Below are positions 33,207 to 36,613 of a DNA stretch of 36,613 nt, one piece after another. Under the pieces are notes generated by a model, which searched no databases, was not told the DNA's origin, and was given only the letters and a program-made list of their open reading frames with translations. The stretch's first letter is position 1. Every line of letters starts with the position of its first letter. The translations under genes were made by a program, and so were the position numbers. Source of the DNA: Salisapilia sapeloensis CBS 127946 (lineage: Eukaryota > Protista > Oomycota); the NCBI GenBank assembly GCA_023334545.1, contig JAADVB010000195.1:1-36613 (forward strand), written 5' to 3'.

Positions 33207-33310
33207 GCGCCTTCCTGAACCATTATAAACGCCTCCGTACAAGTAGAAACTATTACGTAAGATGAATGGACGCAAATTCGTCTCTTTTACCACACTCCAT
33301 TGCCTCTCTA

Positions 33311-34755
33311 TTAGTAGTAGCGACCACCACGCTGCATGTGGATGTCCACGATCTTCCACCGCAGCGTCTCGTTCTCGTCGTCATAGTCGCGCTGGAAGGC
33401 AAAGATGTAGTAGTACGCCAGCACCTCGTCCTCGGCGCCGTCCACGATCTCTCCCTCCCGGTTGCGAATGCAGTTGATCTGCTGCGCCTGAAACCGGAGC
33501 AAGATGATCGGAGCCTGGCGGTCCTCGGCCGTGGCTTCGATCACGTCCACGTTGTCAATGCTGAGGACGTGTGGATCCATCACCAAACCTACATAAGACC
33601 GTTTAGTCTTCGCTTTATCTGTTACAAGTATAAAATCCTACCGTCCGCCTTGCGCTCTCGGATGGCCATGTTCAGTCGAGAGAAGGCAGCTTCTCCAAAC
33701 CACTTCTGCAGGTTCCTCGTGTCTCCCTTCAGGAAGGCTTCTAGCACACCTGGCAGCACCACCGCCTCGATGTTCTCCTTCCACTCTTCCAGGATAAAGT
33801 CCGGCTCGGCACGTCGAATCTCACGGATAGCCACCGCCATGGCCGTCTCGCCGAACAGGCCATCGTAGATGGAGGACAGGCGGTACACCCACGGGTTCTG
33901 ACTCGTTTCCCAGAACTCCAGCACCTCTTCTCTCGCGTCCCCAACCTTCTCCTTGGCCTTCTGCGCCGTCTGACCTACGCGCTGACCAGCGTCTGTCTTC
34001 GCCGCCGTCTTCGCTGCGTCCAAGATGCCCTGGATGATCGGAGCTTCTCGGAACCGAGCAGAGATGCGCTGCCACGCAGTGTCGTCCTCCTTCACCTTGA
34101 CCAAGGCCGTCGGTCCTTCGTATGCTTCAGCTTCCTCTTCATCCTTTTTGGTTGTTTGAGGAACCGCCGGTCGAGACGACTGCAAAGCTTCGTCGACAGA
34201 TCCTTTCTTGTTGGATCCGAACAGCTCCTGCACAGCGTCTCCCCACTCGGATCTCCACTTTTGCGTCACCTGAGGCTTGATGATCTTGTTCTTCTGCGCC
34301 TGGAAACTGGACCAGAAGCCAGAGACATACTGACGAGCCTCGCTGAACGCAGACTTCTCCTCCTCTTGTCTCCAGCTCTGCTTCTCCTTAGTCTTCTCCT
34401 CGCTGCCATCCTTGGCCTCTTCTTTGTCACTGTCCTTGGCCTCTTCCTCGGACGTTGTGGAAGACACAGTCTGCTTGAATTTCTCAGACGCCTGCTCTTG
34501 GGCATTGCGAGCAGCCTCGGATGTCTTCTGAGAAGCCTCCTGGACCTTGGCCTTCGCAGCAGTCTCCGCTTGCTTGAACTGCTGCTTCTTGGCCTCGAGC
34601 TCTTCCCACGACTTTTTCAAGTCCTCGTTCTTCTCCATCTCTTCCTTCATCTGGTTCTTGAGGTTGTCGAAGAAGCCCATGCGACGCACAGGCACCGACA
34701 CGCGGTGTCGACGCAGCCCGAGACGGGCTACTCGTCGACCTCCAGCCGCCAACAT
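33311..34755 (-). CDS. TIM44: Mitochondrial import inner membrane translocase subunit Tim44
   Basis: Arg-rich presequence, coiled coil and Tim44 domain (W.SQNPWV, EIRRAEPDF..E.W....E..V.P.VLEAFL.GD...L.KW; LLRFQAQQINCIRNREGEIVDG). Intron 33589-33641 is frame-consistent. Confidence 0.93.
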
Positions 34756-34981
34756 TTTGCTTTAGATATGTGTTGCCTACCGCTCGGCCTCTGCATTTTC
34801 ACCAATCATACTGATCATAAATATTTTCTACCAATGATACAAGAGAAAGAAGAGCCAACGAATTCGACTTCACCACCGTCAGGGGGCCAATTTACATTCT
34901 TACATCAAGTGTAAAGCATCCTGAAACGTCGCGATATCACTCGAGTGCTTCACTGGCCAGTATTTGACACAAGTGACTGCG

Positions 34982-36613
34982 ATGGCGAGGAAGAGCAAGA
35001 AGAGCAAGCAGAATGCTGCCAAGGTGGAGGAAAAGCCGGTCGTCGAGGACCAGAAGCAGGTAGAGGCGACGGAAGAAGAGGAGGCTGAAACGGAGCAGGC
35101 GATTGCCGAAGCGTCCAATACGGCCAATGTCGAACAGCGCTACTTCTCATCCGAGTCCTTCTCGTCGCTACCGCTCTCGGAGCCCACCAAGAAGGCGTTG
35201 GAGGAAATGGAGTTTACGCACATGACTAAAATCCAGTCCAAGTCCATTCGCCCGCTTCTCGCAGGCCACGACTTGCTCGGAGCTGCCAAGACTGGTTCTG
35301 GTAAGACCCTATCGTTCCTCATTCCGGCGATCGAGCTGCTCCACAAGGTCAAGTTTTCGCCGAGAAGAGGCACAGGATGCATCGTCATCAGTCCAACGAG
35401 AGAGCTTGCGCTCCAGATCTATGGTGTCGTGCGTGAGATCTGCAAATTCCACTCGCAGACGCATGGCATCGTCATGGGTGGCGCCAACCGTCGTATGGAG
35501 GCTGACAAACTAGTGAAAGGTGTTAATCTGTTGATTTCCACACCCGGACGACTGCTCGATCACCTTCAGAACACCAAGGGATTCATCTACCACAACCTAC
35601 AGATCCTTGTCATCGACGAAGCTGACCGTATCCTGTCCATCGGGTTCGAGGAAGACATGCGCCAGATCGTCAAGCTCATTCCAAAGGATCGCCAGACCAT
35701 GATGTTCTCTGCTACACAGACGAAGAAGGTGGAAGACCTTGCTCGACTCTCCATCAAGGAGAAACCGGTCTACGTTGGCGTCGAGGAAGACGATGAGAAA
35801 GCCACGGTCGCAACTTTGGAGCAAGGCTACGTCGTCACTCCGAGTGAGCAACGCTTCTTGCTGCTCTTCACTTTCTTGAAGAAGAATTTGAACAAAAAGG
35901 TCATGGTCTTCTTCAGTAGCTGTGCTGCAGTTAAATTCTACGGCGAGCTCTTGAACTACATCGACGTGCCTGTCATGGACATTCACGGAAAACAAAAGCA
36001 GACGAAGCGGACGACAACTTTCTTCCAGTTCTGTAACGCAGACAAAGGCATTCTACTCTGTACAGACGTTGCAGCAAGAGGACTCGACATTCCTGCCGTC
36101 GACTGGATCATTCAGTTCGATCCCCCAGATGATCCGAAGGAATACATCCATCGTGTCGGACGTACTGCACGTGGTGCCAAGGGTAAAGGCAAGGCTCTTC
36201 TCATGCTACTCCCGGAAGAGCTTGGATTCCTCAAATACCTGAAGGAGTCTCGTGTTGCTTTGAACGAGTACGAGTTCCCGACCTCGAAGATCGCGAACGT
36301 CCAGTCTCAATTGATGAAGCTGGTTGAGAAGACGTACTACTTGAACAAGTCGTCGAAAGAAGCCTACAGAGGCTACCTGCTAGCATACGCATCCCACGGA
36401 CTCAAGCACATTTTCGATGTGGGTCAGCTGGACCTACAAGGCGTCGCGAAGTCTTTCGGATTGCAAGTACCGCCGAACGTCACGTTGCCAGTGAAGACCG
36501 GTGGTCGGAATGGGAAGCGGAAGGCGGCTGACGGAGATGGTCGCAAGGGCAAGTTCTCCAAGTCCGGTCACACGTTTAGCGCTGACAACCCATACGGCAA
36601 GCGAGACAAGAGC
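34982..36613 (+). CDS. DDX18: DEAD-box RNA helicase HAS1/DDX18 (3' end just beyond the window; absent from the ORF track)
   Basis: From ATG 34982 the frame is open to the window end. Motifs include Q motif [57 protein letters not shown] and [11 protein letters not shown], plus the Has1-type C-terminal [12 protein letters not shown]. Confidence 0.96.
   Translation, partial: MARKSKKSKQNAAKVEEKPVVEDQKQVEATEEEEAETEQAIAEASNTANVEQRYFSSESFSSLPLSEPTKKALEEMEFTHMTKIQSKSIRPLLAGHDLLGAAKTGSGKTLSFLIPAIELLHKVKFSPRRGTGCIVISPTRELALQIYGVVREICKFHSQTHGIVMGGANRRMEADKLVKGVNLLISTPGRLLDHLQNTKGFIYHNLQILVIDEADRILSIGFEEDMRQIVKLIPKDRQTMMFSATQTKKVEDLARLSIKEKPVYVGVEEDDEKATVATLEQGYVVTPSEQRFLLLFTFLKKNLNKKVMVFFSSCAAVKFYGELLNYIDVPVMDIHGKQKQTKRTTTFFQFCNADKGILLCTDVAARGLDIPAVDWIIQFDPPDDPKEYIHRVGRTARGAKGKGKALLMLLPEELGFLKYLKESRVALNEYEFPTSKIANVQSQLMKLVEKTYYLNKSSKEAYRGYLLAYASHGLKHIFDVGQLDLQGVAKSFGLQVPPNVTLPVKTGGRNGKRKAADGDGRKGKFSKSGHTFSADNPYGKRDKS

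Noticed and set aside
34156-35995. ORFs 34156-34914 (+) and 35597-35995 (-) as separate genes
   Set aside because: They are exact antisense of the Tim44 and HAS1 coding sequences.

Overview
This is gene-dense eukaryotic nuclear DNA, not prokaryotic: GT-AG introns are mostly 50-80 nt, several have CTAAC/CTAAT branch points, and there is an oomycete-type INR+FPR core-promoter motif. An oomycete or related stramenopile is the most likely source (inference). I can support 15 protein-coding genes, most of them spliced: an AAAP amino-acid transporter, TRAPPC12, a La/LARP7-type protein, an MTAP/PNP-family phosphorylase, a tandem-TBC RabGAP, a Borealin-like protein, CC2D2A, a Prx6-like protein, an NCoR/Snt1-type double-SANT protein, bL36, a TTL-like membrane protein, an aquaglyceroporin, KLHDC10, Tim44 and HAS1/DDX18 (runs off the right edge). 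A degenerate Mutator (MULE) transposon sits at the left edge. The points most worth a second look are: (1) three apparent pseudo-enzymes or pseudo-domains, namely a signal-peptide/EGF/TM tubulin-tyrosine-ligase-like protein lacking catalytic residues, a Prx6 lacking its peroxidatic Cys but keeping the PLA2 triad, and a degenerate first TBC domain; (2) a hidden 90-bp (30-aa) IQ-motif repeat gene at 8.5-9.2 kb that the ORF track misses, with in-frame stops on the IQ glutamine in 3 of 6 repeats; (3) further decayed or interrupted reading frames in the apparent intergenic gaps. I see no CRISPR array, rRNA or tRNA. All family assignments come from motif recognition by eye; no database search was run.
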